From Vitrella brassicaformis CCMP3155 (Eukaryota; Protista; Chromerida), in the NCBI GenBank assembly GCA_001179505.1, contig CDMY01000515.1, positions 1 to 61,175 of the forward strand: a DNA stretch of 61,175 nucleotides, read 5' to 3'. Under the pieces are notes generated by a model. It worked only from the letters and a program-made list of their open reading frames with translations, was not told the DNA's origin and made no database searches. The position numbers and the translations under genes were made by a program. Of the stretch, positions 47,603 through 58,963 are shown piece by piece; within the stretch, counting starts at the first letter, position 1, and each line of letters opens with the position of its first letter.

Positions 47603-50181
47603 TCACTGCCATCTAACCCTGCCTGTAACTCTCTCACTCAGGTACTTGTGCGCTTCACGCCCAAGTCCCTTCGTGAGTATGTCAGCTATGTTCTCACTGG
47701 TACGTACGTATCGAACAGCGAGAAAGCCTGACTGAACTAGCTGACGTATGTAGTGATAACGCACGTCAATGTGTTTCGTTCTGTGACTGACTATCGGATT
47801 CTGTGCGCTCAGGATAGCTCCCCTATTATCAGCCATAAGATATGCACTCCCAAACCGAACACCAAAAAGAGGTATGCCACGCAAAAATGACGCCAGATAT
47901 ACGAGGGCAGTGGCACATTCACTCATCTGTACGTATTCAGCCTCCGTTGACGAAAGCGTCACCAGTGGCTGAGTCTTCGCACTCCAATACACAGGTCCAC
48001 CACACACAAACACCACATGACCACCACTAGACTTGCGACCCACACAATCAGCCCAAGACGAGTCAGAGAAGGCAGTCAGATCAATCCGACCTTCCTTGCC
48101 TGGCTCAGCCTTGGACTTGATCCCCTTGTCTTTTGTCCCACTCAGATAGCGAAGAACCCTCTTTGCTGCCTGCCAATGCTCAAGACCGGGCTCGTGAGCG
48201 TATCGTGCAAGCTCCTTGACCACATAAGCGATGTCCGGGCGGCACGTGACCGAGCAGAACATCAATGCGCCAACGAGTTGCCGATAGGGGACCTTTTTCA
48301 TCTTCGTCTTTTCTTCGTCCGTCTTCGGCGACATCTCAGAGGTCAGTTGGACGTCGGACGCATATGGGAAATCCACTGAGTTCGCATTCTCCATGCTGAA
48401 TCTCTTAAGCATCTTGACAATGTACTGTGGCTGTGTGATCTGCAGGGTCCTCTCTTGCGATCGCGGATGATCTTGAGGCCGAGAAAGCCGCCAACCTCGC
48501 CCAGGTCCTTCGTCGCAAACACGCTTGACAGCTGCTGCTTGAACCAGGTGACCCCCTCTTGTTCGCTGACGATGAGAATATCCTCGACGAACACCACAAG
48601 GAGGATGTTGTTGTCCTTGTGCAGGTACACACAGGGCTCCTGAGGGTGGCGAACGAACCCTCTGTCGAGTAGTTGGTTGTGGAGGGTGATGTTCCATGCT
48701 CGCGGGGCTTCCTTGAGGCCATACAATGCCTTCCATAGACGAACAACATGGCCGGGCTTCTTATATCCAGGGGGGCACCGCATAAAGACAGGCTTGTCCA
48801 GCGGGGCGTTGAGGAATGCTGTGTTGATGTCCATCTGATGTATCTCCAAGTTGAGTTGATTCGCCAGGGCAAACGCCGATCGAACAATGTGGTAGGAGGG
48901 CGTAGGGGAAAACACGTCATCCACTTGGTTGCCGTCTTGTTCGAATCCTCTTGCGACGATGCGGGCTTTGTACTTGTCAGGCTTCAGGGCAAATACCTAT
49001 GTGCATGAGATGATCTTGGTCGTTGCGGCGTTTTCCGGCACGTACTCAAACACTCCCAGGTCTTCAATCGACTTCATCTCACAATCCATAGCTTCTTTCC
49101 ATTGGTCTGCTGCTGTTGACTTTATCGCTTGGTCATAGGTCTTTGGTATGGTTGGCTGAAATAGCCGTGGAAGTGATGGGTCTTGTGCGGTCTTGTCGTC
49201 TTCATTCACAAAGAGCAGGTCAGGATGATCGAGGAAGTGGTCTTTATAGACGCGTCCAGGGATGCGTCGCTCATCCGTTGTTCTTGTCGTTCTTGTCTGT
49301 TGCTTATCACTGTCTTCCTCCCCCTCTTGACCATTGCCGTCTTCTTTAATGATCGTCATGTCATCTTGGGCATCATTTGTCTCCTGATGCTGGTGTGGTT
49401 CGTTATTGTCGTCGTGTATGTCTTCGATTGCTCATAAGGGCTCGCTCACAAGTGTCTCGGGTCGTTGTAGGTAGATGAGATCGATTGCTGGTGGTGCTCG
49501 TGGCTTCTTCTCTTGTCCACGCAGTATCGCCTCGTCAAACACCACATCGCGTGACAGCACCAATTGCCGTGTGTGCGGCAGGTACACCAAATAGCCGTCC
49601 TTGGTCGCTGGGTCATACTCAAGTAAGATGCCGATCTGCGTGCGAGGGTCCATCTTGCCAATCGTCTCTTTCCTCTGGTTGATGTGTGCCTTGCAGCCGA
49701 AGGTGCGGATGTGGCCGACATCGGGTGGATAGCCGATGAAGAGCTCATGTGGCGTCTTCATTCCTTCGTTGGCTGCGGTTGGCGTGCGGTTCTTAATGTA
49801 TGTCGCTGTGGCCGTCGCATAACACCAATAAGATGCGGGTAAGCCGGCAGTGAACAGCAGTGCACGCGCCATAGCACAAATCACACTAATGGCTCGCTCA
49901 GCCACTCCATTCTGGGACTGATGATATGGCAAACTCCTCTCTTGTCGTATCTGATTTGTCTCGCAGAACTCTTTCTTGGCCCTTGATGAGCTCCGCCCCT
50001 CCATCTGTCCTCACTGCCTTAGGCATGCGGACTGCAGTGCAGTACTGGATGAATGCGGCAGGGGCATCCGATTTCTTCTTGAGGAAGTAAGTCTGCAGCC
50101 ACCTTGATGTATCGTCGACCACCACCATCAGATACTTGTATCCTCTCTCGCTTGGCTGCTTGATCTGTGACAGGTCGACGT
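47603..50181 (-). pseudogene. Ty1/copia pol fragment A (integrase-RT-RNase H), degenerate
   Basis: NGVAERA, QMDINTAFLN, LYGLK.APR.W, FSDSSWAD, SSTEAEY and ADILTK motifs split over several ORFs by frameshifts and stops; RT motif reads FVED. Confidence 0.92.
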
Positions 50182-50481
50182 NNNNNNNNNNNNNNNNNNN
50201 NNNNNNNNNNNNNNNNNNNNNNNNNNNNNNNNNNNNNNNNNNNNNNNNNNNNNNNNNNNNNNNNNNNNNNNNNNNNNNNNNNNNNNNNNNNNNNNNNNNN
50301 NNNNNNNNNNNNNNNNNNNNNNNNNNNNNNNNNNNNNNNNNNNNNNNNNNNNNNNNNNNNNNNNNNNNNNNNNNNNNNNNNNNNNNNNNNNNNNNNNNNN
50401 NNNNNNNNNNNNNNNNNNNNNNNNNNNNNNNNNNNNNNNNNNNNNNNNNNNNNNNNNNNNNNNNNNNNNNNNNNNNNNNNN

Positions 50482-53400
50482 ACGTATGTAGTGATAACGC
50501 ACGTCAATGTGTTTCGTTCTGTGACTGACTATCGGATTCTGTGCGCTCAGGATAGCTCCCCTATTATCAGCCATAAGATATGCACTCCCAAACCGAACAC
50601 CAAAAAGAGGTATGCCACGCAAAAATGACGCCAGATATACGAGGGCAGTGGCACATTCACTCATCTGTACGTATTCAGCCTCCGTTGACGAAAGCGTCAC
50701 CAGTGGCTGAGTCTTCGCACTCCAATACACAGGTCCACCACACACAAACACCACATGACCACCACTAGACTTGCGACCCACACAATCAGCCCAAGACGAG
50801 TCAGAGAAGGCAGTCAGATCAATCCGACCTTCCTTGCCTGGCTCAGCCTTGAACTCGATCCCCTTGTCTTTTGTCCCACTCAGATAGCGAAGAACCCTCT
50901 TTGTTACCTGCCAATGCCCAAAACCGGGCTCATGAGCATATCGTGCAAGCTCCTTGACCACATAGGCGATGTCCGGGCGGCACGTGACCGAGCAGAACAT
51001 CAATGCGCCAACGAGTTGCCGATAGCGAACCTTCTTCATTTTCGTCTTGTCTTCGTCCGTCTTCGGTGACATCTCAGAGGTCAGTTGGATACCGGACACA
51101 CAAGGGAAATCCACTGGGTTCGCATTCTCCATGCTGAATCTCTTGAGCATCTTGTCGATGTACTGTGGCTGTGTGATCTGCAGGGTCCTTTTTTGACGAT
51201 CGCGGATGATCCTGAGGCCGAGAAAGATGTCAACCTCGCCCAGGTCCTTCGTCGCAAACACACTCGACATCTGCTGCTTGAACCAGGTGACCCCCTCTTG
51301 TTCGCTGACGATGAGAATGTCATCGACGAACACCACAAGAAGGATGTTGTTGTTCTTATGCAGGTACACACAGGGCTCCTGAGGGTGGCGAACGAACCCT
51401 CTGTCGTATAGTTGGTTGTGAAGGGTGATGTTCCATGCGCGCGGGGCTTCCTTGAGGCCATACAATGCCTTCCGTAGACGAACAAGATGGCCGGGCCTCT
51501 CATATCCAGGTGGGCACCTTATAAAGACAGGCTTGTCCAGCGGGGCGTTGAGAAATGCTGTGTTGATGTCCATTTGATGTATCTCCAGGTTGAGTTGATT
51601 CGCCAGGGCAACCGCTGAGTGAACAATGTGGTAGGAGGGCGTAGGGGAAAACACGTCATCCACTTGGTTGCCGTCTTGTTTGAATCCTCTTGCGACGATG
51701 CGAGCCTTGTACTTGTCAGGCTTGAGGGCAAATACCCATCTGCATGAGACGATCTTGGTCGTTGCGGCGTTCGCCGGCAGATACTCAAACACTCCCAGGT
51801 CTTCAATCGACTTCATCTCACGATCCATGGCTTCTTTCCATTGGTCTGCTGCTGCTGACTTGATGGCTTGGTTATAGGTCTTCGGTATGGTTGGCTGAAA
51901 CAGCTGTGAAAGTGATGAGTCATCTGCGGTCTTGTCGTCCTTCGATGGGTCTTCTGTCATCTCGCCATCTTCATTGACAAAGAGCAGGTCAGGATGATCG
52001 AAGAAGTGGTCTTTATAGACGCCTCCAGGGATGCGTCGCTCATCCGTTGTTCTTGTCGTTCTTGTCTGTTGCTCATCAGTGTCTTCCTCCCCCTCTTGAC
52101 CATTGCCGTCTTCTTCAATGATCGTCATGTCATCTTGGGCATCATTTGTCTCCTGCTGCTGGTGTGGTTCGTTGTTGTCGTCGTGTATGTTTTCGATTGC
52201 TGGTAAGGGCTCACTCACAGATGTCTCGAGTCGTTGTGGGTAGATGAGATCGATTGCTGGTGGTGCTCGTGGCTTCTTCTCTTGTCCAGGCAGTATTGCC
52301 TTGTCAAACACCACATCGCGTGACAGCACCAATTGCCGTGTGTGCGGCAGGTACACCAGATAGCCGTCATTAGTCGTTGGGTCATACCCAGGTAAGATGC
52401 CGATCTGCGTGCGAGGGTCCATCTTGCCAACCGTCTCTTTTCTCTGGTTGATGTGTGCCTTGCAGGCGAAGGTGCGGATGTGGCCGACATCGGGTGGATA
52501 GCCGATGAAGAGCTCATGTGGTTTCTTCATTCTCTCGTTGGCTGCGGTTGGCGTGCGGTTCTTAATGTACGTCGCTGTGGCTGTCGCATAACACCAATAA
52601 GATGCGGGTAAGCCGGCAGTGAATAGCAGTGCACGCGCCATAGCACAAATCACACCAATGGCTCGCTCAGCCACTCCATTCTGGGACTGATGATATGGCA
52701 AACTCCTCTCTTGTCGTATCTGGTTTGTCTCGCAGAACTCTTTCCACTGGCCCTTGATAAGCTCCGCCCCTCCATCTGTCCTCACTGCCTTAGGCATGCG
52801 GACTGCAATGCAGTACTGGATGAATGCGGCAGGGGCATCCGATTTCTTCTTGAGGAAGTAAGTCTGCAGCCACCTTGATGCATCGTCGACCACCACCATT
52901 AGATACTTGTATCCTCTCTCGCTTGGCTGCTTGATCTGTGACAGGTCGACGTGGATGAGATCACCAGGGTGTTGGTGTCGATACGCATCTCCTGCATACG
53001 GCAGTCGCTTCATCTTGGCCTTCAAACACACTTCACACTTGGCCTTCTCGTCGTCACTGTTGTTCTCCTTTTTTGCCGTTGGTGCGTGTCTTGTCACTTC
53101 AGGTAGTTTCTTGAGGTATCCATCGTTGACGTGGGCAAATCGCTGATGCAATCGCTCTTGTGTGACGACTTCCGCGACTAATACGTCTGTTGTCATCACA
53201 TCCGTCGGTTCTTCATTGTCATCGTCCACCGATGGTGTGTGCGGCTGCTCCATGACGTCAACCACTCGCTCATCGGTCGCATTCGGGCAGTCGGACGGGT
53301 CCTTGTAGATGTTGAGGTACCAGAATCGCCCTTCACGCATCAATGGGTACATATCTCCTCTCCTTGCCTTCAGGAACGCAGCGCCATGATCAATCTCGAG

Positions 53401-53720
53401 CTTGACGTTGTAATCGTCGATAAGGTGAGCAAGAGAAAGCAGGTTGAACTTGAGCTTGGGCACATACAGCACGTTGTCCACCATGACCTTCTTCTTGCCT
53501 TTGTTGATCTCTCCACAGGTAAACTTGATGCAGCCGACACCCATTGCTGGTGCGGTTGATCCATTCGCCATGATGACGTTGATGTCGTGGTCGAGTGGCT
53601 TGATTTCGTCGAAGAGCTGCTCCTCAAAACAGCATGATCGCGCTGCTCCAGTGTCCATCATCATTGCCGTAGGTGAGGTTGAACACACACCATTCACGTG
53701 CACCACCTCATCAGCCAGTT
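50482..53720 (-). mobile_element. Ty1/copia pol fragment B (protease-integrase-RT-RNase H), open frame
   Basis: DTGA protease, HHCC (HQRFAH..CEVC), D-D-E (HVDL, TDGG, VAER), FVDD RT and RNase H in copia order with no stops. Confidence 0.95.
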
Positions 53721-54020
53721 NNNNNNNNNNNNNNNNNNNNNNNNNNNNNNNNNNNNNNNNNNNNNNNNNNNNNNNNNNNNNNNNNNNNNNNNNNNNNNNN
53801 NNNNNNNNNNNNNNNNNNNNNNNNNNNNNNNNNNNNNNNNNNNNNNNNNNNNNNNNNNNNNNNNNNNNNNNNNNNNNNNNNNNNNNNNNNNNNNNNNNNN
53901 NNNNNNNNNNNNNNNNNNNNNNNNNNNNNNNNNNNNNNNNNNNNNNNNNNNNNNNNNNNNNNNNNNNNNNNNNNNNNNNNNNNNNNNNNNNNNNNNNNNN
54001 NNNNNNNNNNNNNNNNNNNN

Positions 54021-55976
54021 AGGGTGTTGGTGTCGATACGCATCTCCTGCATACGGCAGTCGCTTCATCTTGGCCTTCAAACACACTTCACACTTGGCCT
54101 TCTCGTCGTCACTGTTGTTCTCCTTCTTTGCCGTTGGTGCGTGTCTTGTCACTTCAGGTAGTTTCTTGAGGTATCCATCGTTGACGTGGGCAAATCGCTG
54201 ATGCAATCGCTCTTGTGTGACGACTTCCGCGACTAATACGTCTGTTGTCATCACATCCGTCGGTTCTTCATTGTCATCGTCCACCGATGGTGTGTGCGGC
54301 TGCTCCATGACGTCAACCACTCGCTCATCGGTCGCATTCGGACAGTCGGACGGGTCCTTGTAGATGTTGAGGTACCAGAATCGCCCTTCACGCATCAATG
54401 GGTACATATCTCCTCTCCTTGCCTTCAGGAACGCAGCGCCATGATCAATCTCGAGCTTGACGTTGTAATCGTCGATAAGGTGAGCAAGAGAAAGCAGGTT
54501 GAACTTGAGCTTGGGCACATACAGCACGTTGTCCACTATGATCTTCTTCTTGCCTTTGTTGATCTCTCCATAGGTAAACTTGATGCAGCCGACACCCATC
54601 GCTGGTGCGGTTGATCTATTCGCCATGATGACGTTGATGTCATGATCAAGTGGCTTGATTTCGTCAAAGAGCTGCTCCTCAAAACAGCATGATCGCGCTG
54701 CTCTAGTGTCCATCATCATTGCCGTAGGTGAGGATGAACACACACCATTCACGTGCACCACCTCATCAGCCAGTTCTTCTATCTCGACTGCTCCAATCGT
54801 AACAAAGTCCTCATTTCCTTGTTGCTGTTGTTGTTCCTCTTCGTAGACATCGAATTGGTTGGCGTATTGGCGATTGGGACGTCGGTCGTTCCGTCTGTCG
54901 TTGGCTCGTGCTCGGGTGTTCTTCATAATGACGTCGCCATCCTTATCTCGTCGTTCTGTAGGGCGCCATGTTTGCTGCTGCTGCCCTCCTCCCTGCTGCT
55001 GTCCGCCAGTGTGCCAGGTGCGCTGAGAGGATTGGGCATAAGTGGATGAGGCAGGTCGCCAGTAGTTGCTGCTCTGTCTGTTGGTGTTGCTCGGCTGGTT
55101 CCTCCATCCATTGCCATTGTTCCTGTTGGTGTTGTTGTATCTGTTGTCAGGTCGTCTGTCAGTCCATCCCTTCCTCTCATCATCATGCTGACTACGCTGG
55201 TCTTGGCGGTCATGTTGTCTTCCGGATGGACGGCCTCTCTGCTGATGTTGACGGTCTCGTTGCTCTCTTCGCAGCTGTTTCATGCGGTCGTTCGCGTTAC
55301 GAAGAGCTTCTTCAAATTGCGGCCACGTCAGTGCTTCTCCACGATACGCGCGGGATGCTGACTCATGCGCCATGGTTGCCTTGAACATGTCGAATCTCTC
55401 AGGCAATGCCGATAGCATGACGGCGATCATCGTCTCGTCTGGCACTGTTGATCCGACTTCATGAAGGCGCTTGACGAGAAAGCTGAAGTCGCCAAGGGCG
55501 TCGTCAAGATCGTCCTTGATCATCTTCTAGCTGAAGAATCGCTGCAAGAGCTCGTGCTTGCATACGATACGATCAGGTATGAACCGCTTCCGCAGTTCTA
55601 GATACGCCCATGCACCATTCTCGCCGTGCTTCTGGTATGCTTCTTGAATCAGTCGCTTGGCCTTGTCTGCTGTCTGCAGGGCGAGGAAGCCGAACAGCCA
55701 TCGGAGGTTCTTGGCGTTGGAGCTCTCCTGCTCAATCAGGATTGGCTGTCCCTGCTGGTTCACCACGGGCTGATTATTGCCATCCATCTGTGGCACCGCT
55801 ATCTTCATCGGCGGGACGTCCTCATCCTTAGTAGGTAGATAGACTTTCACATCCATCTCTCTTGCTGCCAAGTAGGCTCTGAGAGTAAAGTCCCATTCAC
55901 GCCACTTGATGTCGTTCTCGCCACTCCTGCCGGTAAAGACGGGGAAGGTGGCCTTGGTCTCGAGATTGAGTGTCAT
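54021..55976 (-). pseudogene. Ty1/copia gag-protease fragment C with nonsense mutation
   Basis: gag start MTLNLETK; TGG changed to TAG at 55527-55529; protease DTGA changed to DTRA. Confidence 0.9.
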
Positions 55977-56139
55977 CTCTGCTGTCTGCTTTGTTGATGT
56001 TGTTGTTGTCTTTCTTCAAGTACTGCTAGTAGTTGACTGCTGCTGATACTGCGCAAGACACTGATAGACCTGTTAGGATCTGTCAGTTAGCTGGCGAAGA
56101 CTTCGGCTCAGATAAGCAAGAACCAAGTTGCTGCGCCCA

Positions 56140-56461
56140 TGTGCGAAAAAGGCCGGTGAGGACCTTTCCTGTAGTTAGCTGAATAGAGGATCTGCTGGGC
56201 GGTAAGTCCCAGAGTAAGAGTGCTTTTACTTTAATAAGACCGATGGACTGGCCAGTCAGTCAAAGTTGTTTCTGTCCATGTATGGCATCATGAAGGGTGG
56301 TCAACACAGATCTCACTTCGGTGATGGCTGATAAGATCGTGTCTCCTCAGAATGCTTTCCTTGTCTTTCCTTGTCTTCTCCTCTCTCCACCCGTTACACA
56401 GCAATATACCCTAGCTCACAAGCTCGCAGTGGTTCGTCTTGCCAAGCTGGCAATCTTGACA
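56140..56461 (-). repeat. Copia 5' LTR (322 bp) with adjacent PBS candidate 56121-56139
   Basis: Homologous to 46988-47308; followed on the minus strand by TGGGCGCAGCAAC and a ~160-bp leader before the gag ATG. Confidence 0.85.
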
Positions 56462-56785
56462 TTTAGTAAGACCGATGGACTGGCCNNNNNNNNNNNNNNN
56501 NNNNNNNNNNNNNNNNNNNNNNNNNNNNNNNNNNNNNNNNNNNNNNNNNNNNNNNNNNNNNNNNNNNNNNNNNNNNNNNNNNNNNNNNNNNNNNNNNNNN
56601 NNNNNNNNNNNNNNNNNNNNNNNNNNNNNNNNNNNNNNNNNNNNNNNNNNNNNNNNNNNNNNNNNNNNNNNNNNNNNNNNNNNNNNNNNNNNNNNNNNNN
56701 NNNNNNNNNNNNNNNNNNNNNNNNNNNNNNNNNNNNNNNNNNNNNNNNNNNNNNNNNNNNNNNNNNNNNNNNNNNNNNNNNNNNN

Positions 56786-58663
56786 TCTCGTCGTCACTGT
56801 TGTTCTCCTTCTTTGCCGTTGGTGCGTGTCTTGTCACTTCAGGTAGTTTCTTGAGGTATCCATCATTGACGTGGGCAAATCGCTGATGCAATCGCTCTTG
56901 TGTGACGACTTCCGCGACTAATACGTCTGTTGTCATCACATTCGTCGGTTCTTCATTGTCATCGTCCACCGATGGTGGGTGCGGCTGCTCCATGACGTCA
57001 ACCACTCGCTCATCGGTCGCATTCGGGCAGTCGGACGGGTCCTTGTAAATGTTGAAGTACCAGAATCGCCCTTCACGCATCAATGGGTACATATCTCCTC
57101 TCTTTGCCTTCAGCAACGCAGCACCATGATCAATCTCGAGCTTGACGTTGTAATCGTCGATAAGGTGAGCAAGAGAAAGCAGGTTGAACTTGAGCTTGGG
57201 CACATACAGCACGTTGTCCACCATGACCTTCTTCTTGCCTTTGTTGATCTCTCCACAGGTAAACTTGATGCAGCCGACACCCATTGCTGGTGCGGTTGAT
57301 CCATTCGCCATGATGACGTTGATGTCGTGGTCAAGTGGCTTGATTTCGTCGAAGAGCTGCTCCTCAAAACAGCATGATCGCGCTGCTCCAGTGTCCATCA
57401 TCATTGCCGTAGGTGAGGATGAACACACACCATTCACGTGTACCACCTCATCAGCCAGTTCTTCTATCTCGACTGCTCCAATCGTGGCAAAGTCCTCATT
57501 TCCTTGTTGCTGTTGTTCTTCCTCTTCGTAGACATCGAATTGGTTGGCGTATTGGCGATTGGGACGTCGGTCGTTCCGTCTGTCGTTGGCTCGTGCTCGG
57601 GTGTTGTTCATAATGACGTCGCCATCCTTATCTCGTCGTTCTGTAGGGCGCCATGTTTGCTGCTGCTGCCCTCCTCCCTGCTGCTGTCCGCCAGTGTGCC
57701 AGGTGCGCTGAGAGGATTGGGCATAAGTGGATGAGGCAGGTCGCCAGTAGTTGCTGCTCTGTCTGTTGGTGTTGCTCGGCTGGTTCCTCCATCCATTGCC
57801 ATTGTTCCTGTTGGTGTTGTTGTATCTGTTGTCAGGTCGTCTGTCAGTCCATCCCTTCCTCTCATCATCATGCTGACTACGCTGGTCTTGACGGTCATGT
57901 TGTCTTCCGGATGGACGGCCCCTCTGCTGATGTTGACGGTCTCGTTGCTCTCTTCGCAGCTGTTTCATGCGGTCATTCGCGTTACGAAGAGCTTCTTCAA
58001 ATTGCGGCCACGTCAGTGCTTCTCCACGATACGCGCGGGATGCTGACTCATGCGCCATGGTTGCCTTGAACATGTCGAATCTCTCAGGCAATGCCGATAG
58101 CATGACGGCGATCATCGTCTCGTCTGGCACTGTTGATCCGACTTCATGAAGGCGGCTGACGAGATAGCTGAAGTCGCCAAGGGCGTCGTCAAGATCGTCC
58201 TTGATCATCTTCCAGCTGAAGAATCGCTGCAAGAGCTCGTGCTTGCATACGATACGATCAGGTATGAACCGCTTCCGCAGTTCTAGATACGCCCATGCAC
58301 CATTCTCGCCGTGCTTCTGGTATGCTTCTTGAATCAGTCGCTTGGCCTTGTCTGCTGTCTGCAGGGCGAGGAAGCCGAACAGCCATCGGAGGTTCTTGGC
58401 GTTGGAGCTCTCCTGCTCAATCAGGATTGGCTGTCCCTGCTGGTTCACCACGGGCTGATTATTGCCATCCATCTGTGGCACCGCTATCTTCATCGGCGGG
58501 ACGTCCTCATCCTTAGTAGGTAGATAGACTTTCACATCCATCTCTCTTGCTGCTAAGTAGGCTCTGAGAGTAAAGTCCCATTCGCGCCACTTGATGTCGT
58601 TCTCGCCACTCCTGCCGGTAAAGACGGGGAAGGTGGCCTTGGTCTCGAGATTGAGTGTCATCT
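56786..58663 (-). mobile_element. Ty1/copia gag-protease fragment D (open frame)
   Basis: Near-identical to fragment C but with FFSWKM and DTGA intact. Confidence 0.92.
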
Positions 58664-58963
58664 NNNNNNNNNNNNNNNNNNNNNNNNNNNNNNNNNNNNN
58701 NNNNNNNNNNNNNNNNNNNNNNNNNNNNNNNNNNNNNNNNNNNNNNNNNNNNNNNNNNNNNNNNNNNNNNNNNNNNNNNNNNNNNNNNNNNNNNNNNNNN
58801 NNNNNNNNNNNNNNNNNNNNNNNNNNNNNNNNNNNNNNNNNNNNNNNNNNNNNNNNNNNNNNNNNNNNNNNNNNNNNNNNNNNNNNNNNNNNNNNNNNNN
58901 NNNNNNNNNNNNNNNNNNNNNNNNNNNNNNNNNNNNNNNNNNNNNNNNNNNNNNNNNNNNNNN

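Larger units (their letters stand above)
50182..58963. other. Four assembly gaps of exactly 300 N (50182-50481, 53721-54020, 56486-56785, 58664-58963)
   Basis: Counted directly; identical size indicates placeholder gaps. Confidence 0.97.
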
